DNA of 62,301 bases, counting the filler, from Bipalium vagum (Eukaryota), in NCBI GenBank assembly GCA_037834085.1. It is 3 parts of 3 records of this genome, joined end to end, with 100 filler letters (N's around TTAATTAATTAA, not from the genome) between each part and the next. Parts side by side here need not be neighbours in the genome. Positions count along the whole stretch, not along the records: positions 37,194 to 62,301 come from JBBMKC010197053.1; 2 more parts are not named here. One strand, given 5' to 3'. The notes under the pieces were generated by a model. That model saw nothing but the letters and a program-made list of their open reading frames with translations. It was not told the DNA's origin and ran no database searches. The position numbers and the translations under genes were made by a program. Position 1 is the stretch's first letter, and every line of letters begins with the position of its first letter. This document shows, piece after piece, positions 51,301 through 62,301 of this stretch.

Positions 51301-54300
51301 TGCTCCATTATAAAATGTTGAGGAATTTGATAATTTATCGATTTATCGATTTCTTTTATATAATAATTTTCTAAGTTAATATAATTTTTCTTATTATTAT
51401 CATAAACATTATAGTAATTAAATAATAATAGTAATAAATATAATAAATAATAATATTATTATTCAATAAAGAATGTAAACTAATGAAAATTGAGTGTAAC
51501 ATATAGATATAATTAATACTGCAGAAATTTTACCGATTGCTGTATTTACACTTCTGATTATAGTTTAATAGAATATTGAATCGTGTTCATTCTTCTAAAC
51601 AGTTATTTTTTGTTGCTAATATGAGATTAGATTCTTATATTTGTAACATTTAGATTTTTTATGAAAACAATTGATTTTATATATTTAAATCTGTGAAACA
51701 AAAGAAAATTCTACATCCTTAGATCGGTTTTAAATTCATTTCCTTTTCTCCTAACTATGTTTTATAAATGTTATCCACTTTAATTAGGTTACCATGAAAT
51801 GTCTAATTTTTATATAAACTTTAAAAATAAAAATATACAATAATTAATACAAGGGGATCTCTATTTGCGTAGAGATACGTTCCAAAACAAGTTACAAAAA
51901 AATCGGTTCCAGTAATTTAAAAAATAAAAAATGTGGGTACATTTGTATATTTTTATTTTGATAAAAAAAATAATCAATAATAACAACGAAAAAGTAAAAA
52001 TGACGATTCATCCTTACATTTCAAAAAATGAATCAATTTTGGTTTCCTTTTTTCTTTGGTCATACAATTGACTATACAATATTTTTAAAATATTAACTTA
52101 AAAAAATTAAATTACGCTAACTAATTTTTTCGGTATGGAAACTATTTCGGCCTGCAATTGGATATCTTTTTATACCAAATTAAAGCTAGAATTTCAAGGT
52201 CTATTTACATTGTGTATGTTAGCATATAATTTTTTAAAAAGATTTATTTTTCATCGTTTTCTAAAATTGGTTAGAGCTACAAATTCGACCATATTTATTG
52301 TACTAGCTTAAATTGAAACATCAATGCTGCATTGTGTGAAGGCAGTAATAATGCACGGACCACAAAGTGGTGGTTCACTAAATTTTGCAATGGTGACATG
52401 AGGTTGGTAAAGAAAGATCATAGAAGATCAATCTGTTGCGAAAATAAAGGCAGGTGAAAATTAGCTAGTTTGCCTTATAGTGAGAAAACTTGTCCAGGAT
52501 CTCAATGTGTCAAAATTCACAATTTCTTGGATTGGGAAGGTTAAGAAGTTCCGGTTCCATATTATTTAATTGAAAACCAACAAAATGCAAGATTAGAAAT
52601 TTGTTCTTTAATTATATGGAACCAAACTGATCCATTTTTGTCATACGTAAAGTGGATTGCATACGATAAAAGGGGGTGAAATGGCTAGACGCCGATGAAC
52701 AACCAAAACAAATGCCTAAACCAACCCTTCACTCAAAGAAAACAATAATATCTGTTTAGTGGTGCTTAGCTAGCTTAAGCTATTATCATTTCTTAAAATT
52801 TTTGTGAAGCTATTACTGCACAGTCATGTTATCAGAAAATTGAAAACATATACAGAAAGTTGATTGACAAACAGCCGGGGTGATAAATCAAAATGGGCAA
52901 ATCTTGCTTCACAATAATACAAGACCACATATTTCTCAAATGATTGCAAAGAATTTGCATGAATTACAGTATGAAGTTTTGCATTATCCACTTTATTCCA
53001 CAGATCTTTTACCAATAGATTATCATTTGTTCAGGCACATGAATGCTTTTATCATCAGTAAAATTTTCCGTAACCAGTTTTTTTAATACAGAAGCTTAAA
53101 CTCAATCAAATTGGATTCAATACACTATTATATCGTTGGCAAGAGTGTTTCAACATTAATGGGAAATATCTTAATTCAAACATTTTTTATCAGTTCTTTT
53201 ATGAATTATTTCATTTATCGTAAAAATATGACATTTCATACTGGACAACATGATATTTTATAGGTTTAATTAATTATTAAGCATGGGAAGCTGGTTGAAG
53301 TCTTTAAGGGTGTTTTTATTTATATAATCTCCTGTATGCATAGAACTGGAATAAAATGCATTTTATTCAGATTTTTACATTTCGAAACAACCCCATTAAT
53401 TTTAAAAGGAATTGCTTTCTTTGCTTTCTATTTTTTTGTTCTGTGTACAGTTGCAAACTTAAAAATGTTTTAGAAAACGAATTAGTCAAAAAAATTTATT
53501 TATTCAATCTCAATTTGGAAGTTTAACGACAAAACTCTTTCATTTCATTAATCAAAATTCCGAATCATAATCGAAAATATTTCTCTTATTCATTAGGAAA
53601 ATAATCTATTTGTGTTTATCCATATTAAGATTTATGTTTGTTCAACATTTTTAAAAGTCATTTTAATATACATATATTTTTTTACTTTTATTTCTTTATG
53701 ACTAAATTTTATTATTTAAATGGTATTTATTATATTTCGGAAAGCACAAACTTTAAAATTGACCAAAAAATTGGCTTTTAAGCAAATTACTTAAGTCATT
53801 CGTTTTATGCGAATGTTTTTTATTTTTGATTAATAATTACTATTTTTATATTCTATATTTAATTTTTTTCGCTTCATTCAATTTTCTTATGTGAATTGAT
53901 TACGCTTACTGGAGGTTTTTATTAGTATAAAGAAAGTACATCTTATTATTTTTGTTATTTGAAATGTTTATTTAATATTTCTAAACAATTCTTTTTGATA
54001 TTCGATCATTTTTTCTATTAATGTTACTATTCTGATAGGCAAAATCCACATTTTAAATTTTTACCTTTCGCATTAGCAACAATGGTAGCTCACCCAAAAT
54101 AATCGAATTATTCAAAATATTTCTCTTATTATTTTTTGACTTAACAAATCTCGTGTACATATGTCAGCCGGAAAGTTTCTGGAATGTCACATAAAAACAT
54201 ATATTTATTATAATAAATAACATCATTGTTTATCGAAGTATTCATCATCACAATCTTTACACTTTTGCAATCTGTCAAATCACTCATTGAAACATTTATT

Positions 54301-57206
54301 CCAATCAGAAAGCAATATGTCTAAAACACGTGATTTGGACTTGAAAACCCCGACCTACGCATTTTTTATGGAATCAAATATGAAAAAGTCATTTGATGCC
54401 AAATCTAGACTATCAGATGGATGACTTAATAATTCAACGTTTTGAGTCCTCAAAAAATCGAATGTTTTATGGACTATATGGTAAGTGGCATTATCATGAT
54501 GAAGTATAATGGAACGTTTCGAGTTGTTTTTTCTCGATTCTTTGAGGACTTAAGGCAAGCAAACTGTGATACACCAATTCGAAGTAACTGTGCGATGATC
54601 ATCTAAAAAAAGGTAGCCACGTGACCTGATTTGGCTCCGAAACAGGCAACCATTTGCTTGGAGGTGTTCCGGGATCGAACAATTTTCACTGGGAATTTTT
54701 TCTCCCTGAAACACTCAAACAGTTGATTGGTGATTTATTTCGAGTTCATATGTGTATTCATGATTCATCGTCTCTGACAGTTTCATGAATATGTTTTGAG
54801 ATTTCATACTTTGGACCAATTACCGCGATTTCCTTTTTTTATCAATAGTAAGGATATGCAGAATACAACGAAAACTTAGCTTTCTGGCATCCAAGTTTTC
54901 ATGTAAAGTAGAATGGAGTGAATTCCGAGATATGTTCAATGATGTCTGAATTTTATGATATGTTGTCCAATGATCTTTAATTTATTTTCATTGGATGCAC
55001 TTTTTTTTGGACGACCTCTGAAATCATAACCCAAAGAGACGCATCCAGGCTTAAATTCATGAAACCATCGACAAACCGTAGTTTTACATTTTTTATTTAT
55101 CAGGAAATACCAAATTTAGATGATCGAGACATTGTTGCTGTGTTAATTCACATCGAAAATCATATAAAATTCTTGCTCGAAAGTTTCCCATTGATAAATT
55201 TATATTTTCCGCTTTGTATACCATATTTAAAATAAATATATATATTTAAAATGCGAATTTTCTTATTAGATAAAAGTAATATAGTATTAAAATAAAATGT
55301 TATTAATTTTTTTATTTATTACTAAATCTTTTCATACTCTATATTCCAGAAACCTTTCGACTCCCCCTCGTAAATAATAATGACAGAAACAACGTCAAAT
55401 AAACGGTTGTGCATAATGTCATAGTTTTAGCAATTTAGAAACATAAAAACTTATTTAAATATAATTTGTAATTCTGCTTATTTTTCAAAAATAAAATGTT
55501 TCACTTTTAAAAACCAAGGAAAGACAATTTTTGAATATATAAATTAAAATAATATATATAAATATAAAATAAAACTACATATTTCCCAATATCAATATGA
55601 ACTACTGACCATTTAAGAAAGTTTTTATTTAACAATTTCTTTGTGGTTACTAAGAAATTTTTATTAATCAAATTCCGTGTCATTATAAATAATAAATTAA
55701 ATTTATTTTATTGGGATGGAGTATTTTTCTCTTCCTGTCTAGATATTTTGAGATATTTGATTGGAATATGGTACATATATTAATTTTTAATTTTAGAGAT
55801 TAACAACTTTTAAATTGCTTTTCGATTGAATTTTTAAAATATTATTTATAATTTCTAAAAATTTTATATATTTAAGAGTTTTTTATTAAAAATTTATTTA
55901 CGATATTTTGGTTTTTTTCCAATCAAATTCTAATTAATAGATGTCACATATATATTCATCTTAAGATTAAAATATTTTATTGTTATTAAAAAAATAATTT
56001 ATGGCGAAAAACCTGAATTTTAATCAAAATAAAATTAATAGTTAAATATATAAAAATTTTTTTAATAAAATTATAAATCAAGGATATTCTATACACAATA
56101 AATTAATAACACGTTTATTTGTTGCAGGCATGATGAATATATAATTAATTTAGCGATTGAAATCTCATTAAGAAAATTATTAAATATGTAAAAAATAATT
56201 TATTAATAAGTGCATATTTTAATTGATTTTTGTTACTATTAAAAGTAACCTAATAGTATTGACTAGTACAAAGAAATCCGTGCTGATATTTTATTATCAT
56301 TAATACTTGTAATTTCTCTTTTTAAAGTAAATTATTTTTTTCAGAGATCATTAATGTATTGGTGAAAATTTTTTTATTAATAAATATCTAGTCGAATCTA
56401 TTTCCAATTCTTTTTATTTTCTTAAGATTTCTCAATGTTTTTCAGTTGCTGTTACATAATTCAAATGTGCCGTTTGGCCTAATTTTACTCCAAAAAAGAA
56501 TTTTTTTTAATGGGAAATTATTTGTTTTTGTTGTGATCACTTTATCGGCAGAAAAATCTTTTAAAAATATCTTCATAATTTAAATTCATTCATTGGTATA
56601 TTTATAGAAACCCATTGTTTTTTTCTATCTTCTAAAAGGACTTTCATTGTTTTAGAGTGGACAGCGGAATAATGTCATTCGATATTTTATGAATATTGAC
56701 TTCATTTCTAACGGTTTGACTCGTGCCATCATCGTTGATCTTTCTCCAAATCACAGTAACAGATTAGTGATTTGAAAGAATCGTTTTCTGATTTGAGAAT
56801 GTCTGTTCTTCGTGAATTGAATGTGTAAATCCTTTCAACGCTGCTATGATCCAAAATTTAGTATAAAATAAAACAAATTGCACGATTTATTTATTGGTTT
56901 TACTATTTTTCTTTATAAAGATTGTGTCCATATGTTTACATGTCTTCAAATAATGAGTTATTTAATGATGAGACTTTATTGCTTTTTTCATTGTGTGGTT
57001 TTGGTTGGATAAATATCTCTGTTAAATGGTACATTTATTTAAATATAAGTATTTTTGACTCTTGCTAATTCCAGTTGATTATTATTAATAATCAAATTTT
57101 TTTTTTCTTATCATTTTATGCATAAATATAATTTTTTTACTATTACTGATTTTTAATTATTTTTATAATAATGAATAATGAATAATTGATATTATTTTTT
57201 ATTTAG

Positions 57207-57244
<38 letters not shown>

Positions 57245-60200
57245 CATTACCATTATTATTTTTTTATCTATATTTTCTTTTTTATTATTAATTATTATTA
57301 TTATTAATATTGTGTTTATTTTAATTTAAATTGTTCGTAGTGTATATTATTAGCTTACTTAAAATTTTAAATTGTTTATTGTAATTAAAATGTTTTCTAA
57401 ATCATAGTTAATTTTTACTTTTGCGAAGTGGTAAAATTAAATTTAATCTGTAAAATTTGTGTTTCTTTCAAAGACATTTTCTTTTCTAACTTTTTGTATG
57501 ATACTGAGATTGCACAAATAGTATAATTAGGATTGAAAAATTAGCATTGATTTTGCTGCTTGCTGTGTTGTGAGTATTAACAGAGCTAATGCATGAATTT
57601 GTATCTTTTCTGTGTCTCCGTCATAGTTCGTTAAATTATGATTTTGTTTAGGGTATGTAGATGGGTCAATGACTTTCCAAGCAATTCTCACAGATGACGA
57701 GAAACGTAGACAGTTTTATATACGTGAACTGATTGAAACGGAAAAGGTTTATTATGATGACTTACTAGAGGTTCATCAGGTTGGATGATCACTGATTTAC
57801 TTGAAACCATTGAATTTCATGTTTTGTTAGATTTTTTATGAACCTATTAAAAAATCAAATTTATTAACGGCTGATGAGCTGAAATCAATTTTTCTGAATT
57901 GGTCAGATTTAATACCAAACTCCTACAATTTTTTTATGTAAATTTTATTTTTCAATTTTTAATTATTATTATTACTATTATTATTACTATTATTATTACT
58001 GGGTTTTTTATATTATTTTGTATCATATGATATAATATTTAATCGTATCATTTTTCGTCATTTAATTTTTTGTGGTTTTTTATTGTTAGTGCTTACCATT
58101 TACTATTATATTTATTGTTTTAATTGAAACCTTTTAAACTCATTGAAGAATATTTTTAAAATTGTTTTTACTAGTTTTACTATAAAATCTCGAGGTTACC
58201 TTACCCCAATATATTTTAGAAAATGATGAGACAAAGATAAAAATAAGACATGAAATAAATTTTAAAATAATAATAAAATTCATAATTTCTCGTCTAAAAT
58301 TGTATGATTAAAACAGTTTATATTATCTAGAGATCGACAAAAATTCTCAGTAATAAAATGAAAAATATTCCATTTATTTCTTAATTCAATACAGAAAAAG
58401 AGTAAATGATTTCCAAACTTTATTTGAACCATTTTAAGATAGATGGGGATGAGTCTTCAAAATTCTCAGTTTTTTCCAATGTCAGCGTAATATTGAACTT
58501 ATCAAATAAATTTCTCACTGTTTTGTCGTATTTGATTGTTAATTTTGCATTTTAAAAATTTTTCTAAAAATTCAATAAAATTATTAATAAAAGATGTTCA
58601 GTGACACAACATAAAAACGGATTAATTCCAAAAATATATGTAACTTTGTTCTTTAGTGACAAATGAATAAATAATTTTTTTTCTGAAGTGTCTTTTATTT
58701 TAAAGTCATTTTATCTTCTCTTCATCTGAGTTACAATATTTTTCATTAAACTTGGAATTGTAAATTGATATTTTGAGCAAAAAGTGGGCTAGTGTCCTTT
58801 TATTATTAAAACTTGTACAAAATATTTTTTTCTACTATCATTTTATCAAATATCTTTAGAAGATTTTCTATAGCAACCAGTATAAAAATTAAGACTATTA
58901 TATAATAAATAATAATAACCAATACAATTTTTTTGGATTTCATTAGTTAAAATTATCATTTTTATCGGACAACAAAATATAAATTTATGAATTATGCATA
59001 TGCTTTATTTGTGTTTCTCCAGAGAAATCAATGTACGGTAAATAAGAATAAAGAGTACGTATCTTCAATTTTTTCATAAAAATCTCCTTTTTGGTCCAAA
59101 TTATATAATTTAATTTGTTGATTATCTAACCATTTCAAAATAACTTAAAATTTCTCTGAATTCTATCAGCGTGGTGCAAAATTAATGCAGGTTTATGGTC
59201 TTCATACCTTGGAAGTAAAACATTATTATAAGAAATTATTATAATTAAATAATTATATAAATTATTATATTATAATTATAATATAAATTATTATAATAAA
59301 ATTTATTTCTACATATCATTTTAAAATTAATCTTATGTTCTTTATTTAAATACTCAACTATAAAAGATTAGAATAGACATGGGTGACATTAAATATTTCA
59401 AAATTGAAATAAATTAATTTTCCAATGTTATCTTTATTAGGTCAATTTTTTACTTTTGTTTTTTATCTTGATATTTCATTAAATTTTTAATGATTTTATT
59501 GTTGAAAATCCTGTTGAGTATTTTATGTTTCCTTAATTATAACTGTAGACTTAAGCTCTTAATTTTCATTATCCTCAAGTATCGTTTAAATAATCAAATG
59601 AGTTAAACTTGATGCTTTTTAAAAATTAACGTAATTCACAAATTTATGACTTATACATTCCTTCAAAAATTTCTTTTTATTTTTGAATTTCGATAAAAAA
59701 CTTTTTCATATTTTATATTGGGATAGAAATTTTTTTTCTATTATTAAAGGGCATTGAAGATTCGCAAAGATCTCGCCGGTACAAAACAACCGATTCAATC
59801 CGTTGGCGATATATTGCTGAGCAATGTTTTGCACTTTTCACGAGAATGTTTCTTTATTTTAATTTTTTTCAGTTTCCGAATTTCATTGTGTACGTACGGT
59901 TTTGTAGCATGCAAAACCAAGCCATTGGGAAATTACAGAAAAAACAACAACTTTGTCCAAAATTCAAAGATCTCTGCGAGGAGTGTGAGGGTCATTTGCG
60001 ATGTCAAAAAATGCCAATGACAAGCTATTTTTTGAAGCCAATGCAAAGGATAACCAAATATAAGCTATTAGTTGAAAATGTATTTAAAAATTTTTTTAAT
60101 TAATTTTTTATTATCATTATCATTATTATTTTATTATTATAATATATAAAATATTTTCGATTTCTTACTGTTATTGATTTTACTTCATCTGTATTTTAAT

Positions 60201-61027
60201 ATTATTTTTTATTTTATCTTTAAAATTAAAAGTTTTCTTAAGAACGTTACTTTGTTTGTTACTTTTGATAAATTTTTTTATCCATCTATTTCTATCTCCT
60301 TGATTGAATATTTATTTAATGAAGTAATTTTTGTATAAATTGTTTAAAAAATTGATCATTTACTAATTATGTTAGAATAAAGTAAAATATCTTTAAAAAT
60401 AATCAGTAGATTATTAAATTTGAAAACAAATATTTAGCCAATGAGATAATTTCTTAGAAATTGATCAATAATTTTATTTCACAAATATAAAATTTATAAA
60501 AACAGGATTATTAAAATCAGTTTCATTTTTAATCTTATTTTAAAGTATGAATAAATTGATTTGCAGAGCTTTTTTCAAACCTCCTAATCATTGCTATTGT
60601 TAAACAATAAAAATAACGATAGATACTGAAGCATACAGACGAGAATCATCCCGATAGAAGTGATATGGAAGAAGCAGTAGCAGCAGCTCGAAGTTTATGT
60701 GAATCTGTCAATGAAGGAGTCAGGGAACGCGAGAATTCAGAAAGGCTCGAATGGCTTCAGGATCACATACAATGTGACAATCTTTCAGAAAAATTATATT
60801 TTAATTCAAATACAAATTGTCTCGGTCACAGGAAATTGATTTATTCTGGCTCATTGACTAAATTCAAATCAGGAAAGGAGCTGGTTGGATTTTTATTTAA
60901 TGATTTTTTTCTTTTGGCCACTCCATGTTACAATACAAACGGCACACCTTTCGTATTTCCTTTGGAGACGTCCTCTAAGGATAAAATGCAGTTTAAAATG
61001 TACAAAAAGCCTATAATCCTTAATCAA
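38155..61027 (+). CDS. ITSN: intersectin, long form (coiled coil, SH3A-E, DH, start of PH); EH-domain exons and C-terminal exons not found in window
   Basis: Phase-compatible GT-AG exons: 38155-38308 (TGEDERRANYLKGQAELAKRR), 41582-41798, 41886-42415, 43673-43716, 43771-43877 and 44466-44686 (SH3A), 44814-45119 (SH3B), 45260-45500 (SH3C), 47149-47286, 48529-48690 and 49659-49734 (SH3D, PEIAQV..GWWKGEIQQRGQQRRIGWFP), 50469-50846 (SH3E), 57652-57779 (EKRRQFYIRELIETE), 57831-57937, 59750-59825, 59873-60079 (LKPMQRITKYKLL), 60623-61027 (VNEGVRERENSERLEWLQ..NSNTNCLG..KSGKELVGFLFNDFFLL). Confidence 0.96.
38451..39740 (-). mobile_element. degenerate full-length mariner in intersectin intron
   Basis: TIRs: TATTTGGTTTACAAATAAGTTCGGTC at left, revcomp TTAGTTGGATACAAATTCGGTC at right. 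Minus strand reads CQEWFRNFKNDDFSFED, VTGDEK, HENARPH and PDIAPSDYWLF. Confidence 0.9.
39745..40250 (+). mobile_element. second, more decayed mariner fragment
   Basis: Reads LLTSYG*IN (TxDEKW-like), MGCV*W, KNALPY and HPLYSPYSADI*S(L)F-like segments. Confidence 0.55.
40682..41020 (-). mobile_element. possible pogo-like DDE transposase fragment
   Basis: NCNLFFLPHHIVPKLMQSIYVLF resembles LxFLPPxTxxxLQPLDVxxF. Only this single motif supports the call. Confidence 0.3.
42994..43364 (+). mobile_element. non-autonomous Merlin-like (IS1595-related) element
   Basis: Imperfect 24-nt TIRs GGGTTTTTCAAAATGTGCTTTTAA and revcomp GGTGCTATCAAAAACTGCTTTTAA. Internal VEIDETLISRR (43238) matches the Merlin VEIDE catalytic motif. 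No clear TSD. Confidence 0.6.
46338..46872 (-). mobile_element. internally deleted mariner with TIRs and TA target sites
   Basis: TA-CAAGGTATTTCCGAAAATTCCCGGA at left and TCCTGGAATTTATTGGAAACACCTTG-TA at right. Reads MNEILEQQFCIKISFKLGK. Confidence 0.85.
47978..48292. repeat. two-copy tandem duplication, unit about 163 nt
   Basis: TAAATAATCATTTTTAATGATATTGAAA...GGAAACATCGGAATTTTCAGTAATTTTTTAAAATTTTAAT starts at 47978 and again at 48141, with a few small indels and substitutions. Confidence 0.9.
48973..49194. mobile_element. mariner-derived MITE (222 nt)
   Basis: TA-flanked, near-perfect TIRs TTGGGTTGTTCGGAAAGTCACTTCG and revcomp TTGGGCTGTTCGGAAAGGCACTTCG. Confidence 0.9.
52230..53255 (+). 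mobile_element. degenerate mariner
   Basis: KWIAYD, MPKPTLHSKKTIISV*W and LLHNNTRPH..HYPLYSTDLLPIDYHLF (ORF 52880-53086). TIR-like end near 53225-53255. Confidence 0.85.
54158..55370 (-). mobile_element. degenerate full-length mariner with TIRs and TA target sites
   Basis: TIR cores GGAAAGTTTCTGGAAT (left) and revcomp GAAAGGTTTCTGGAAT (right). Minus strand reads NFRARILYDFRCELTQQQC, ILHHDNATYH and HPSDSLDLASNDFFIF. Confidence 0.88.
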
Positions 61028-61619
61028 GTAATTTTTTATTTTTAAATTTTATTTTAAAAATGTTTAAATGATAAAGCAGATCAGATCAACAAATCATGTA
61101 GTTTTTTATTTTAAAAAAGCACAATAAACAAGTGTTTCAATTTTAAATTATTGAATATTAAAAATTATTTTTAAATTGCAAAAATTATCGATTTTCCATG
61201 TTTTAGAGTAATTAAATATAATTTTGAGATAACAGCAGAGCAAATTTGTCTTACTTTATAATAACCATAAAATCAGTATCTCTAGAAAAATGAGGTGTTT
61301 ATCTAATATTTGAACGATGGTTCCAGACTTTTTCAAGAACAAACAATATATGATAATTTAAAACGACTCAAGAATTATTTTACAAATAATTGTTGCTTAG
61401 TCAACTAATTTGATTTGTTGCAATATCTGAAGTTCTTTTATTATTGGCAAAGAATGTATAAAAAGACTTGAATTTCATAACAAAAATGATCAGTATTACT
61501 TAAAACTAAATTTTAAGTTATTTGATGCGTTTTCATTTTTTAGTATATAACAACACCCGTTCAAATTGGTATTTATTTAAATTTGTTTAAACAAACTAAG
61601 GTTTTTCGAAATACTCGAA

Positions 61620-62260
61620 TTTAAAGCTGTTTATAATTGACATTGCACCACTTTTTAGGTATTATATAATATTTTATGTTATAATTCGATTATTGGCAAT
61701 ATGGGAAGAAAATATATATATTAAGGCTATGCGCAAGATTACAAATTAAAGTATTATTAGAAGAAATAACAATGATGCAAAGGGAATAAATATGTAAACA
61801 AAGAAATAAAACAAACAGTCTCTAGAGTGTCAGTATAAAAAAGGATAGGTAAAAACAACCCCTGGAGATGACAGCAGTGATTAAAAATGTATTGAGACCA
61901 ACTAAAGATATTCACTCAATCATTGTTGATACAGGTGTAAATGTTTCTGAGAAAGATGACTGAAAGAAGTAAACATTGTTACTCATCTCAACAATCCTTA
62001 TTATTTCTTTGAATCTAGGTACTGTAATTATCGATTAGAGAACGAGTCCTAACTGTGAAAAAGCAAAATTTAATTACTAGAACTCAAAAAAGCTTGAAAT
62101 TGGCTGTCCCATTATAACCACCATGTTCAATTTGACCATATTTGCGTAGCACTGGTAGAGTCAGAAAATTTTGCCATGACTCCTGACCAACAAAAATATT
62201 TATACTGAAAGGATAACTGTGTTTTTATTTATTGACCTGGCTCAGAAATAATCCATTTCT
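61620..62260 (+). mobile_element. probable Tc1-like remnant
   Basis: TKDIHSIIVDTGVNVSEK resembles the second Tc1 HTH; heavily decayed. Confidence 0.4.
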
Positions 62261-62301
62261 GGATATAATAATAATAAAAATAATAATAAATAAATAATAA
62301 T

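Noticed and set aside
51858-51879. Hairpin ATCTCTA-TTTGCG-TAGAGAT
   Set aside because: Single short stem next to a TA-CAAGGGG TIR-like start; probably a transposon end.
1-62301. CRISPR arrays, rRNA, tRNA, prokaryotic operons
   Set aside because: No repeat-spacer pattern, cloverleaf or rRNA signature was seen; the genes are intron-containing animal genes.

Overview
AT-rich animal genomic DNA with spliceosomal introns, not a prokaryotic locus. The window holds three segments joined by two artificial 100-nt spacers (N44-TTAATTAATTAA-N44 at 20638-20737 and 37094-37193), plus an ordinary N gap at 4215-4379. Host genes were rebuilt by hand from GT-AG exons: a 5'-incomplete protocadherin-like gene (+, 4617-13503), a complete ODF3/SHIPPO-repeat ciliary protein gene (-, 27327-28227, 255 aa), the 3' part of endophilin-A (-, 30967-33630), and a long-form intersectin (+, 38155-61027; coiled coil, five SH3, DH, start of PH; incomplete at both ends). 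An intact 210-aa ORF with no recognisable family lies at 21312-21944 (-). Introns and intergenic DNA are full of decayed transposons: about 20 Tc1/mariner relics (DD34D, Tc1, DD37D, MITEs), a Penelope-like GIY-YIG fragment, a Ty3/gypsy RT fragment and a Merlin-like element. Three signals stand out and are not visible in the ORF track. (1) A collapsed endogenous Maverick/Polinton (adintovirus-like) element at about 23.9-25.8 kb carries relics of major capsid protein, integrase and protein-primed DNA polymerase. (2) A run of four consecutive hairpins at 29034-29187 may be a structured RNA or an LTR. (3) A candidate short/long isoform switch in intersectin sits at the same junction as in vertebrates. 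Family assignments rest on motifs recalled from memory; no searches were run and the species is not identified.
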